Sequence record: MW584166.1
Length of the DNA stretch: 64,000 nt
Source of the DNA: Mycobacterium phage prophi88-1
Strand: one strand, 5' to 3'
The notes beneath the pieces were generated by a model. That model searched no databases and had not been told where the DNA came from. It was given only the letters and a program-made list of their open reading frames with translations. This document shows, piece by piece, positions 9,511 through 18,004 of the stretch. A program made the position numbers and the translations under genes. Within the stretch, counting starts at the first letter, position 1. Each line of letters opens with the position of its first letter.

Positions 9511-9529
9511 GTCAAGGGGTGGTTGCCTG

Positions 9530-10384
9530 ATGACCCCACCCCCCATGGCCTATTTCGGCGGTAAGACACGCCTTGCTCGCCGGATCGCTGATCTGCTTCC
9601 CCGGCATGGCCACTACGTCGAACCGTTCGCGGGAGGCCTCTCCGTGCTGCTGGCCAAGAAGCCCAGTCGCATGGAAACGGTCAACGACCTAGACGACAGG
9701 CTGATGACGTTCTGGCGAGTACTCCGCGACAAACCAGAGCAGCTGGCTCGCGCATGCGCCCTTACTCCGCATAGCCGTGCGGAGTACTCAACCGCCCGCG
9801 ACGCCGATCTCGACACTATCGAGGACGACGTCGAGCGGGCCCGCCTGATCTGGGTACAGATCGCCGAAGGCCGCGGCGGCACGCTGCTCCGACAGACGGG
9901 CTGGCGCTACTACGTCAACCCAAGCCAGAACTCAACCGGGATGCCCGGCTACCTCAGTGCGTACGTGGACCGGATGGCTGCGGCTGCCGAGCGGTTGCAA
10001 CGTGTCAGCCTGGAGTCTCGGCCGGCGCTCGAAATCATCGAAAAGTACGGCGCCCATTCGAAATGCTGCCTGTACGTGGACCCGCCGTACCTCGCGACCA
10101 CGCGCAGCACGTCCGGCGGCGGCAACGGCTACCGCATCGACATGCCGGCACGCGCCGAGCATGTAGAGCTGCTGCGTGCGCTGACGGGGTGCCAGGCATC
10201 CGTGGTGCTGTCCGGCTACCCCTCCGAGCTGTACGACGAGGCGCTTCGGGGCTGGGACCGCATCGAGATACCCCACATGACTGGACAAGGAAGCGGTGCC
10301 AATCAAGGCCGGACAGAGGTGATTTGGTCAAACCGCCCGCTGCTACAGCAGATGACCATCGGGTATCACGAGGCCGGTGAATGA
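9530..10384 (+). CDS. dam: DNA adenine methyltransferase (Dam family, N6-adenine)
   Basis: YFGGKTRL, EPFAGGLSV and DPPY motifs. No adjacent restriction endonuclease. Confidence 0.85.
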   Translation: MTPPPMAYFGGKTRLARRIADLLPRHGHYVEPFAGGLSVLLAKKPSRMETVNDLDDRLMTFWRVLRDKPEQLARACALTPHSRAEYSTARDADLDTIEDDVERARLIWVQIAEGRGGTLLRQTGWRYYVNPSQNSTGMPGYLSAYVDRMAAAAERLQRVSLESRPALEIIEKYGAHSKCCLYVDPPYLATTRSTSGGGNGYRIDMPARAEHVELLRALTGCQASVVLSGYPSELYDEALRGWDRIEIPHMTGQGSGANQGRTEVIWSNRPLLQQMTIGYHEAGE

Positions 10385-10512
10385 GCGACAACCTGATCTG
10401 CATCTGCGGCGATCACTTCTCGCAGCACGTCGGCGACATCAACCCCAAGTCGCTTCTGTCCGACTGCCCCGGATTCGAAGCCGACCCGAAAGCGAACGGA
10501 GACAACCAATGA
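10381..10512 (+). CDS. small Cys-containing ORF (43 aa)
   Basis: ATGA-coupled at both ends. Sequence CICGDH...C. Confidence 0.25.
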   Translation: MSDNLICICGDHFSQHVGDINPKSLLSDCPGFEADPKANGDNQ

Positions 10513-10772
10513 GCGATCCCTTGTTCACTGCTGCCAAGCTGCTCGAATCGCACGGATATGCGGTCGTGGAGCTGCCGAAGCCGGTTGGGGTCAACGGCAC
10601 TGACAACATCGTGTGGCTGAGTGACCCGTACATCGAGCAGGAATTCAACGGCGACATAACCATTTCCGACAGGCTGGGTATCGACGCCGACGAGCTGGAG
10701 GATGTCGCCGCCGCGCTGCTCGCCGCTAGCCGCCGGCACCAGGAGGAGGCGCGGCTATGGGGTGTCGGATGA
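10510..10772 (+). CDS. hypothetical protein
   Basis: ORF starting MSDPLFTAAKLL, translationally coupled. Confidence 0.4.
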
Positions 10773-11923
10773 GTAACGGCACCTCAATATCTGAGCCCGC
10801 TATCCGGGTCCTGTCTCTCGGGGCGGGTGTCCAGTCGACGGTGTTGGCGCTCATGGCGTGCGACGGCACGCTGCCTGGTCTGGATGCTGCGGTGTTCGCC
10901 GATACCGGCTGGGAACCGCCCGCAGTCTATGAGCAGGTGGACCGGCTCGCCGCCGAGCTTGCCCGCGTTGATATCCCGCTGCACCGGGTCTCATCCGGCA
11001 ACCTGCGGGCCGACACCCTCGACCCGGAAGCGCGATTCGTTTCGGTGCCATGGTTCACCTTGGCGCCCAAGGCTACCGAGGTGCCTGTTTATGGCGTATG
11101 CGCACCCTGCGGCGGCTCCGGCCGTGGACCATCTGACGAGCCTGATTCATGTTCGGTGTGCGGTGGCGACGGCCGTGGGTCGATCGTGGGCACCAGGCTA
11201 GCCACTGCCACTGAACGGCACGGCATGGGGCGCCGCCAGTGCACCAGCGAGTACAAGCTCAAGCCGATCAAGGTGAAGGTGCGCGAGCTGCTGGGCTACC
11301 CGCACCCGACACCGGTGCCGCGTGATGTGTTCGCAGAGCAGTGGATCGGGTTCTCCACTGATGAGATCCACCGGGTACGCGACCGGCTGGACGTGAACTA
11401 CTCCCGGCCGCGTTACCCGCTGCTGGAGCTGGGTATGTCCCGCAAGGACTGCCAGCGCTGGCTGGAGCGCGCGGGGTGGGGACACACCGCCAAGAGCGCC
11501 TGCATTGGGTGCCCGTTCCACGGCAATGCCCAGTGGCGGTACATGTACGAGCGGCGCGACATCTGCGCGACGTGCGGCCACCCCCGTGACGACCACTGGC
11601 GCGGGTTCGACGAACCGAAGGCGTGCGCGCATCTGTACAACCGGGACCAGCCCGAAGCGCCTGCCGATCTGTGCATGTGTAAGCGGTTCCACTCCCTCTG
11701 GGATGACGCGGTCGATTTCGATCGCCGTATCCGCAAGGGCGGCGCCTCGGCCAACCCACTCGACGGCGAGGCGTTCCTGCACCGCTCACGAGTTCCGTTG
11801 GACCTGGCACCAATCGACCGCGTGACACGTGCCGAGTACGCCGACATGCAGCTCGACCTATTCGAGGACGGCGACCCGGACGGCTGCTCGCCCTACGGCT
11901 GCCGCAGCGGCGAGGTGGCGTGA
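10757..11923 (+). CDS. PAPS-reductase/DndC-like (PP-loop ATP pyrophosphatase) family protein with inserted CxxCxGxG zinc-finger repeats
   Basis: VLSLGAGVQSTVLALM PP-loop-like motif. CAPCGGSGRG and CSVCGGDGRG are DnaJ-type zinc-finger repeats. The C-terminus is Cys/His-rich. Confidence 0.55.
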   Translation: MGCRMSNGTSISEPAIRVLSLGAGVQSTVLALMACDGTLPGLDAAVFADTGWEPPAVYEQVDRLAAELARVDIPLHRVSSGNLRADTLDPEARFVSVPWFTLAPKATEVPVYGVCAPCGGSGRGPSDEPDSCSVCGGDGRGSIVGTRLATATERHGMGRRQCTSEYKLKPIKVKVRELLGYPHPTPVPRDVFAEQWIGFSTDEIHRVRDRLDVNYSRPRYPLLELGMSRKDCQRWLERAGWGHTAKSACIGCPFHGNAQWRYMYERRDICATCGHPRDDHWRGFDEPKACAHLYNRDQPEAPADLCMCKRFHSLWDDAVDFDRRIRKGGASANPLDGEAFLHRSRVPLDLAPIDRVTRAEYADMQLDLFEDGDPDGCSPYGCRSGEVA

Positions 11924-12363
11924 TGGCTGTGCGTAAGTACATCTACCGCGTGGTTGTCGACGAGTGGCCGACCAAGGACGGCATGCCCTTCATAGACCAA
12001 GACTGGCGCTGGTGGGAGCAGATCGTCGACTACTTCCACAACCCCGAGGGTGATGACCCGTCGCCCGCCTGGCTGCCCGATATCACCGGGTACCTGGAAG
12101 ACCCGGGTGACGAATGGACGCCGGCGGGTTGGGGTAACAAGCCGCGATTCACCCGCCTTGTGTGCGAACCCGGAGACGAGCCCGACTACCCGAATGGATA
12201 TCGGGGCTACGACGACCAGCCCGTGATCGCCGTGCCGATCGCTCCTGCCCGCCGGTTCATGCAACGGGCCCAGCCGGACGCGGCGGCAAAACAGCTGCGC
12301 GAGTGGGGATGCAAGGCACACGTGGAACGCGCTGCCCTTGGTGATTGGGAGGAGGTGGCGTAA
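11920..12363 (+). CDS. hypothetical protein
   Basis: ATGA-coupled ORF. Confidence 0.45.
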   Translation: MMAVRKYIYRVVVDEWPTKDGMPFIDQDWRWWEQIVDYFHNPEGDDPSPAWLPDITGYLEDPGDEWTPAGWGNKPRFTRLVCEPGDEPDYPNGYRGYDDQPVIAVPIAPARRFMQRAQPDAAAKQLREWGCKAHVERAALGDWEEVA

Positions 12364-12725
12364 TGCCCATACGTCCCGAGAACCGCGATCGCTACCCCAA
12401 GGACTGGCCTGAGATCTCGCGCCGCATCCGGTTCGAGCGCGCGCAAGGCCGCTGTGAGTGCGAGGGCGAGTGCCTGCGCGGTACACACCTCGACCGCTGC
12501 CCGAACGTCAACGGGCAGCCCGCCTACGGCACCGGCAGCCGCGTCGTGCTCACCGTGGCGCACCTGAACCACACCCCCGAGGACTGCCGGGATGAGAACC
12601 TGCGCGCGATGTGCCAGGGGTGCCACCTGCACTACGACCTAGAGCACCACGCGCAGACGCGCCAGCGGGCCCGCACGGCAGCTCTTGAGGCACAGATGGA
12701 TTCGATGTTCGAGGGAGTGCAGTGA
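12363..12725 (+). CDS. HNH endonuclease
   Basis: CECEGEC...TVAHLNH...CQGCHLHYD HNH motif. Confidence 0.7.
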   Translation: MPIRPENRDRYPKDWPEISRRIRFERAQGRCECEGECLRGTHLDRCPNVNGQPAYGTGSRVVLTVAHLNHTPEDCRDENLRAMCQGCHLHYDLEHHAQTRQRARTAALEAQMDSMFEGVQ

Positions 12726-13159
12726 TACCGGCCAATACTCCGTGCAAGTGGTGCGACACTCCACTCTCCGACTGCGACGGCGCGCGGCCCAGCCGGAAGT
12801 GCTGCCCGGACTGCCGACACCACAAGCGCATCCAGCGCAAGCGCACCGCGGGCTGGCGGATGCCAGAAGGCGCCATCTACGTCGGGCGGCCGAGCCAGTG
12901 GGGCAACCCGTACGTTGCGGGCCCAGGTCGCCCACGAATGCCATGGCTGCCAGAGGGGACCGTTCTGACCGTTGAGCAGACCGTCGCCTGCTATGCCGAC
13001 ATGGTTCGCGGCGGTGGCCCGAACATCAACGGCGATAGGTGGCTTACATCGCAAGTCGGTGTAATTCGCTACCTCCTGGCCGGGCATGACCTCGTGTGCT
13101 GGTGCCCGCTCGATCAGCCGTGCCATGCCGACGTGTTGCTTGAGCTGGCCAATGGCTGA
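12722..13159 (+). CDS. DUF4326-like protein
   Basis: WGNPY and CWC motifs resemble DUF4326 as recalled. Confidence 0.45.
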   Translation: MIPANTPCKWCDTPLSDCDGARPSRKCCPDCRHHKRIQRKRTAGWRMPEGAIYVGRPSQWGNPYVAGPGRPRMPWLPEGTVLTVEQTVACYADMVRGGGPNINGDRWLTSQVGVIRYLLAGHDLVCWCPLDQPCHADVLLELANG

Positions 13160-13292
13160 GCTGCCGCGGGTGCTGTTCACGTATGCCGAATGCCGCGCGC
13201 TGGGCCGCTGCACGTACTGCGGTTGGCACCCACCCACGCAGGGCCACCACCCGAATTGCCCACGCCCACAGAAACGGAAGGGACGTCGATGA
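13152..13292 (+). CDS. small Cys/His-rich ORF (46 aa)
   Basis: CTYCGWH...HHPNC. Fills the gap upstream of whiB. Confidence 0.25.
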   Translation: MAELPRVLFTYAECRALGRCTYCGWHPPTQGHHPNCPRPQKRKGRR

Positions 13293-13579
13293 GTCGGAAC
13301 TGGCAGGCCCGCGCTGTGTGCCGGGACGAAGACCCCGAGCTGTTCTTCCCTGACCCGTCCGACACCGTGACTGCGCGGGCAGCCCAGAGGGTGTGCGCCA
13401 CATGCCCTGTGAGGCCGCAGTGCCGGGCGGCCGCCAGCGCGAGACGCGAACCGTACGGGATCTGGGGCGGCGTCAACCGCGAGCTGGACGCGGACAGACG
13501 ACGCGCCGCCTCTTCACCCCCGACGAATGAAATCAGCACACCGCCCACCACCCCATCGATCGCAGAGGCAGCACAGTGA
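13289..13579 (+). CDS. whiB: WhiB-family transcription factor
   Basis: Four Cys (C..C..C.PVR..C) plus the G[IV]WGG motif (PYGIWGGV). Confidence 0.8.
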   Translation: MSRNWQARAVCRDEDPELFFPDPSDTVTARAAQRVCATCPVRPQCRAAASARREPYGIWGGVNRELDADRRRAASSPPTNEISTPPTTPSIAEAAQ

Positions 13580-14715
13580 CGACCCGCGAGTACGCCAAAA
13601 ACCTGTTCGCCCAATGGTCCGACGACGACTTCTGCAACCAACCGATCTTCGACAAGCTGTTCTTCCAGGTCCTCAACGGGCAGCGCGCCGTCAACGCCGC
13701 CGGCATCCAGCCGATCAACTTCACCCGCTGGCGCAAGGCCATGCGCGACGGCGAACACCTGCCCGCCGTGCGCGATCTGCAGGCCGCGCTGGTGCGCATG
13801 GAGCGCCGCGGTTTCGTGTTCACCGACGAGGACACGGGGGAGGTGCTGGTGCGGTCCCGGATCCGCCGCGACGAACTGGACAAGCAGCCCACCATGTTCC
13901 TGGCGGCGCTGCGCCTCCTGGCCGTCATCGACTCACCCAAGTTCGCCGCCGTGCTCGCCGACGAGCTCGACCGTATGGACGTCCCGGAGGTGAAGGGGGA
14001 CAAGGACTACGCCAAGCGTCTGCGCGACTCCCTCAATGACACCCATAGGGCCGCCCGCCTACACCTCAAGACCCTGGCCGACGGATACCCGCAGCCGTTC
14101 CCCGAACCGTTCGACGGACTCACCGAGGGACCCTCCCAGGGACCCACCCCTAGACCCTCTACGGGACCCTCCGAAGGACCCACCTCGGGAGGGTCTACGG
14201 GACCCACCCCGCGACCTGGGGAAACAGGACCCACCCCGGGACCCTCCCCGAGACCCACCCAGGGACCCTCGGGTTCTGGTTCTGGTTCAGGTTCAGGTTC
14301 TCTCACCTTGGTAACTACTCAAGTGGGGGGTACGCGTGCGCGCGCACACGAGACCGCCGAACCCACACCAGCACCAGACGAACCCCCCACACGATGCAAA
14401 GCCCACCGCGACAACCCCGATGCCATCGAGGACAACTGCGGCCCCTGCGCCAACTTCCGCAAGGCACACGAACGCTGGACCGAACACCAAACACGCGCCC
14501 AAGCCCAAGCCAGGGCAGACGCCCTCCACCAGGCCGCCCAACTCCGCGCCCACGCCATCGCCGCCTGCGACCTCTGCGACCCAGACGGCTACCTCCCCGG
14601 CACCAGCACCGTCTGCAACCACAACCCCACCCAAGCCGAGACCAACGCCCGCGGACGCCAACTCGTCCACGCCGCACTCCGCAGCCGAACCCAGCAGGAG
14701 ACCGACGATGCGTGA
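13576..14715 (+). CDS. hypothetical protein with GPTPRP/GS low-complexity linker and C-terminal Cys clusters
   Basis: Repeats GPSQGPTPRPSTGPSEGP...GSGSGSGSGS. CKAHRDNP...CGPC and CDLC...C motifs. Confidence 0.5.
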   Translation: MTTREYAKNLFAQWSDDDFCNQPIFDKLFFQVLNGQRAVNAAGIQPINFTRWRKAMRDGEHLPAVRDLQAALVRMERRGFVFTDEDTGEVLVRSRIRRDELDKQPTMFLAALRLLAVIDSPKFAAVLADELDRMDVPEVKGDKDYAKRLRDSLNDTHRAARLHLKTLADGYPQPFPEPFDGLTEGPSQGPTPRPSTGPSEGPTSGGSTGPTPRPGETGPTPGPSPRPTQGPSGSGSGSGSGSLTLVTTQVGGTRARAHETAEPTPAPDEPPTRCKAHRDNPDAIEDNCGPCANFRKAHERWTEHQTRAQAQARADALHQAAQLRAHAIAACDLCDPDGYLPGTSTVCNHNPTQAETNARGRQLVHAALRSRTQQETDDA

Positions 14716-14992
14716 CCCCTACGACCCCTGGGCCGACGAACAAGCCCACCTCGCAGAACTCGCCCAAGCCCAAGACCTCGACGCCATACGCAGCTGCACC
14801 CACTGCGACCACCAAGGCATCCGACCCAACGGCCTCACCTGCCGCCACATCGACCACGCCGCAGCCGCCAAACGAGGACTCGCCACCATCCGCGCCCAAA
14901 TGGGCTGGAACACCCCCACAGGCACAACCACCCCACAAACCAGCCAAAAACCGCCCCACGACGCCACCAGCAGCCAAAAAACACGCCTGTAA
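14708..14992 (+). CDS. hypothetical Cys/His protein
   Basis: CTHCDH...C.H cluster. ATGA-coupled. Confidence 0.4.
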   Translation: MRDPYDPWADEQAHLAELAQAQDLDAIRSCTHCDHQGIRPNGLTCRHIDHAAAAKRGLATIRAQMGWNTPTGTTTPQTSQKPPHDATSSQKTRL

Positions 14993-15078
14993 CTCACCCC
15001 CACCACCCAAAAACCCCGAACCATCAACCACCCAGCCCAAACCCCAGCCAGCACCCCCAACAAAGAAAATCCACCACC
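14993..15078 (+). other. G-depleted C/A-rich intergenic tract
   Basis: About 5 G in about 86 nt, with CCCAAA-like repeats, read directly from the sequence. Confidence 0.4.
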
Positions 15079-15567
15079 ATGCCGCCAGTCATGAACCGCC
15101 AAGGCTCAAACCAACGCGCCGAAAAAGCCTGGCAGCTCCACATCGCCGGCCGAACCTGGCGCGAAGTCGCCGAGGTCACGGGCTTCAAATCGCCCCAATC
15201 GGCCCAGAAAGCCGCCATGGCATGGCTCAAGAAGAACCCGCCGTCCACCCTCGAAATCGCGCGCCGCGCAAACGGTGACGGCATCCGCCAGGTTCGCGGA
15301 ATGCTGATGGAGACCATGGCGAAGGCCAAGGCCAAGGGGGAGCACCGCACCGTGTCTGAGCTGGGCCGCGCCGTGCTCGACAGCTACGAGAAGGAGGCGA
15401 AGCTGTGGGGTCTGTTCGTCGTTGTGCCTGAGGAGGTCAACGTGAACGTCACGACCGCCGTGGCGGTGCTGGAGCGCGCGGAGGCCGAGCTACTGGCACT
15501 GGCTGCGGCTGGCCAGCCCGCTATCTCGGCGCAGCCCGTCATCGATGCCGAGGTGGTTGAGCCGTGA
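15079..15567 (+). CDS. HTH DNA-binding protein
   Basis: WQLHIAGRTWREVAEVTGFKS HTH-like segment. Confidence 0.45.
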   Translation: MPPVMNRQGSNQRAEKAWQLHIAGRTWREVAEVTGFKSPQSAQKAAMAWLKKNPPSTLEIARRANGDGIRQVRGMLMETMAKAKAKGEHRTVSELGRAVLDSYEKEAKLWGLFVVVPEEVNVNVTTAVAVLERAEAELLALAAAGQPAISAQPVIDAEVVEP

Positions 15568-15908
15568 CCGCCCCCTCAGATCCGGCGCAGGATGCGATCA
15601 AGGCCGCGATGACGGTGGCCAAGGACGTGGCCGAGGGGCGGCTGGACCCGGCCGCGTTGAACGCCGCGGTGGTGGCCGAGTGTCGCGAGCTGTTCGCGTT
15701 CGTGTCCGGGCCCGGAGATCCGTTGTGGGACATTCACGTCGAGGTGGCCCGCCAGGTGCTCGCTCTCGATGGCATCCCGGTTGATGAGCTGGCCGAGTGG
15801 CTGGCCGTGACCCGCCGGGCGCAGGGTGTCGAAGCGCCGGCTGATTCGTGGATGGCGCGAGTGCTGGAGCAGCTGGCCGACGAGGGCGACGAGGCCGAGC
15901 CAGTCTAA
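15564..15908 (+). CDS. hypothetical protein
   Basis: GTGA-coupled ORF. Acidic C-terminus. Confidence 0.45.
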   Translation: MTAPSDPAQDAIKAAMTVAKDVAEGRLDPAALNAAVVAECRELFAFVSGPGDPLWDIHVEVARQVLALDGIPVDELAEWLAVTRRAQGVEAPADSWMARVLEQLADEGDEAEPV

Positions 15909-15989
15909 CTGGGGTATACCCGTGCTCACCAGGTTGGAGAGTCGGCGATATTGGTGTTGAAATGCGTAAACACAGTCCAACAAGAGTGG

Positions 15990-16033
15990 TTGACTTATTG
16001 TTAGACTAGGTTCTAATGTGGTCTAGAACCTAA
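15990..16033 (+). promoter_or_regulatory. AT-rich promoter-like region (TTGACT-N16-TCTAAT) overlapped by an inverted repeat TAGGTTCTAA/TTAGAACCTA
   Basis: Read directly from the sequence in the 140-nt intergenic gap before the 16051 operon. Confidence 0.35.
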
Positions 16034-16050
16034 TTAGAAACGGAGAGTTC

Positions 16051-16299
16051 ATGACCACCAACACAACCGCCGCGCCGACCACCGGCTACCTCACCAGCTT
16101 CGCGGCGACTTACCAGATCGAAGGCGTCGCCGAAGCCCAGGCCGCGCGGATCGCCGCTGCTGTCCAAACTGCCCTCCAGGCCGCTCTAACCAACCTCGCC
16201 AACGAAGAGGCCACCACTGCCGACACGGCGAACGCCAGAGTGCTCGCGGTCCGCGTGGAGCGCCGCGGCGCACTCGTCGAGGAATACGAGGTCCGATGA
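16051..16299 (+). CDS. hypothetical protein
   Basis: ORF with a GGAGAG Shine-Dalgarno. Confidence 0.4.
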   Translation: MTTNTTAAPTTGYLTSFAATYQIEGVAEAQAARIAAAVQTALQAALTNLANEEATTADTANARVLAVRVERRGALVEEYEVR

Positions 16300-16673
16300 G
16301 CGCCAGCGAGAAGCTGCAAGCCGCGATCAACGCCCACACCACGGCGCAACTGCTGTCCTACCTGGCCCACTTGGAGACCATGGCCAGCACGCCCGAGACC
16401 CGTCTTCTCGGCGCGATGATCGCTGACACCATCACCGAGCGTGAGGGCATCGACGACGCCCTCGACGAGGTGTTCTCGGACGAGACGTTCAATGGCACCT
16501 ACCTCGATGCGGTCCGCACCGCACTGGCCGACCGGCGCGTGAAGCACCGGCACACTGACGCCGAGGGCATGTTGCTCAACGAGCGAGACCGGCCCATCGC
16601 GATCGTCCACTGGGACGGCCAACCACTACCGACATGGGCCGACTGGTCCGACATCACAGATCGGAAGGGATGA
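16296..16673 (+). CDS. hypothetical protein
   Basis: ATGA-coupled ORF. Confidence 0.4.
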   Translation: MSASEKLQAAINAHTTAQLLSYLAHLETMASTPETRLLGAMIADTITEREGIDDALDEVFSDETFNGTYLDAVRTALADRRVKHRHTDAEGMLLNERDRPIAIVHWDGQPLPTWADWSDITDRKG

Positions 16674-16680
16674 TGACCCG

Positions 16681-17259
16681 ATGAGCGACACGAATGCGGG
16701 GCAGCAAGTCGGCTACGTGCGGGTGTCGACCCTCGACCAGAACACCGAACGCCAGCTCGACGGCATAGGACTCGATAAGCGGTTCGAGGACAAGGCCAGC
16801 GGCAAGGACACCGCCCGGCCGGCGCTCACCGAGGCGCTCGGCTACGTGCGCGACGGCGACACCCTGGTGGTTCATTCCATGGATCGGCTTGCCCGCTCGC
16901 TGGAGGATCTACGGCGCACTGTGCGGGAGTTGACCGCTCGGGGTGTGCGGGTTCACTTCGTCAAGGAGAACCTCACGTTCACGGGCGACGATTCGCCGAT
17001 GTCCACGCTGCTGCTGTCGATGTTGGGCGCGGTGGCTGAGTTCGAGCGGTCGATGATCCGGGAGCGTCAGCGTGAGGGCATCGAGCTCGCGAAAGCCAAG
17101 GGCGTGTACAAGGGCCGCAAGCCCGCGCTGACCGAGGAACAGACCGCCGCCGTGTTGGAGCGGCTGGCCGGCGGCGAGCATCCAGCCGATTTAGCGCGCG
17201 AGTTTGGGGTGTCGCGTGCGACTGTCTACAACGTGCGGGCCCGTGCCTCAGAGGGCTAG
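16681..17259 (+). CDS. small serine recombinase (resolvase/invertase family)
   Basis: GYVRVSTLDQ catalytic-Ser motif, a resolvase N-terminal domain and a C-terminal HTH. GGAAGGGA Shine-Dalgarno. Confidence 0.85.
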   Translation: MSDTNAGQQVGYVRVSTLDQNTERQLDGIGLDKRFEDKASGKDTARPALTEALGYVRDGDTLVVHSMDRLARSLEDLRRTVRELTARGVRVHFVKENLTFTGDDSPMSTLLLSMLGAVAEFERSMIRERQREGIELAKAKGVYKGRKPALTEEQTAAVLERLAGGEHPADLAREFGVSRATVYNVRARASEG

Positions 17260-17859
17260 TTCTGGGGGTGGTGTTGTGAAGAGGGCCGAGACGGTCTGCC
17301 AGCTGGAATATTCCTTGTGGCGACCAGGTGAGTGACCGTTAGCGCTCACCAACACCCATTGTCCGTGCGGGAGGAAGTAGGTCCGCCGGTCCCCGTTGCT
17401 CCAGATTCCAAGCACGCCGCCGGGCAGGAAGGCATAAGCGTCTTCGTCAGAGAACTCTTCGAACGGTTCGGCACCGTCCTGGGGGTTGGGCGCAGCGAAC
17501 GTTGAACCCACGGGGTATGTCACTCGGAAGCTCATGGTGTCGAACCCTAGTTGCGACTGGCCTGGGTTGACCCGACACACCCCCCGCGCTTGCCGGGGAA
17601 AAATTATTTTCTGGGCTACTGTCTCTTCTTGTCCCCAGCTAGTCAACAGGTTTGTCCACACGGGCGGTGGCTGTTGATCTGCTGTTTCGGGGTTCATCCA
17701 CAGTTTCGGCATCGAAAATCGGCCGCCGTGCGTGGTTCTTAGATTCGGGTGTTTTTGCAGTATTTCTGCGCTTGCGGCGTGACCTGCGTTACTTACACCG
17801 ATAAGATTTAGCTGCTTGGAAGGAGCCCCGGGCCGGAATGCCTGGGGGTCAGGCGTCAC
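17248..17859 (-). CDS. hypothetical protein (leftward, in the lower-GC island)
   Basis: 203-aa ORF on the minus strand with lower GC than surrounding phage genes. Confidence 0.45.
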   Translation of the reverse strand: MTPDPQAFRPGAPSKQLNLIGVSNAGHAASAEILQKHPNLRTTHGGRFSMPKLWMNPETADQQPPPVWTNLLTSWGQEETVAQKIIFPRQARGVCRVNPGQSQLGFDTMSFRVTYPVGSTFAAPNPQDGAEPFEEFSDEDAYAFLPGGVLGIWSNGDRRTYFLPHGQWVLVSANGHSPGRHKEYSSWQTVSALFTTPPPELAL

Positions 17860-17914
17860 GGCCTGGGACCCCTAATCCCTGTTTGCGGCAGGATTTGAAG
17901 GTATCAGGATTGGT

Positions 17915-17945
17915 CACGACTCGCCAAAAAAGTCTGCGAGTCGTG
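17915..17945. promoter_or_regulatory. Hairpin/inverted repeat CACGACTCGC-N11-GCGAGTCGTG in a divergent intergenic region
   Basis: Perfect 10-bp arms, read directly from the sequence. Confidence 0.4.
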
Positions 17946-18004
17946 GGCTGGTGCCGTCACTTCCAACGTTTGCGTATGGCGAATGACCTGCGCAAAGGAA
18001 GGAA

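Noticed and set aside
9258-9569. Longer 103-aa version of the leftward ORF extending across the palindrome into the dam gene
   Set aside because: It would overlap the dam start and the palindrome. The in-frame GTG at 9479 gives a compact gene abutting the operator.
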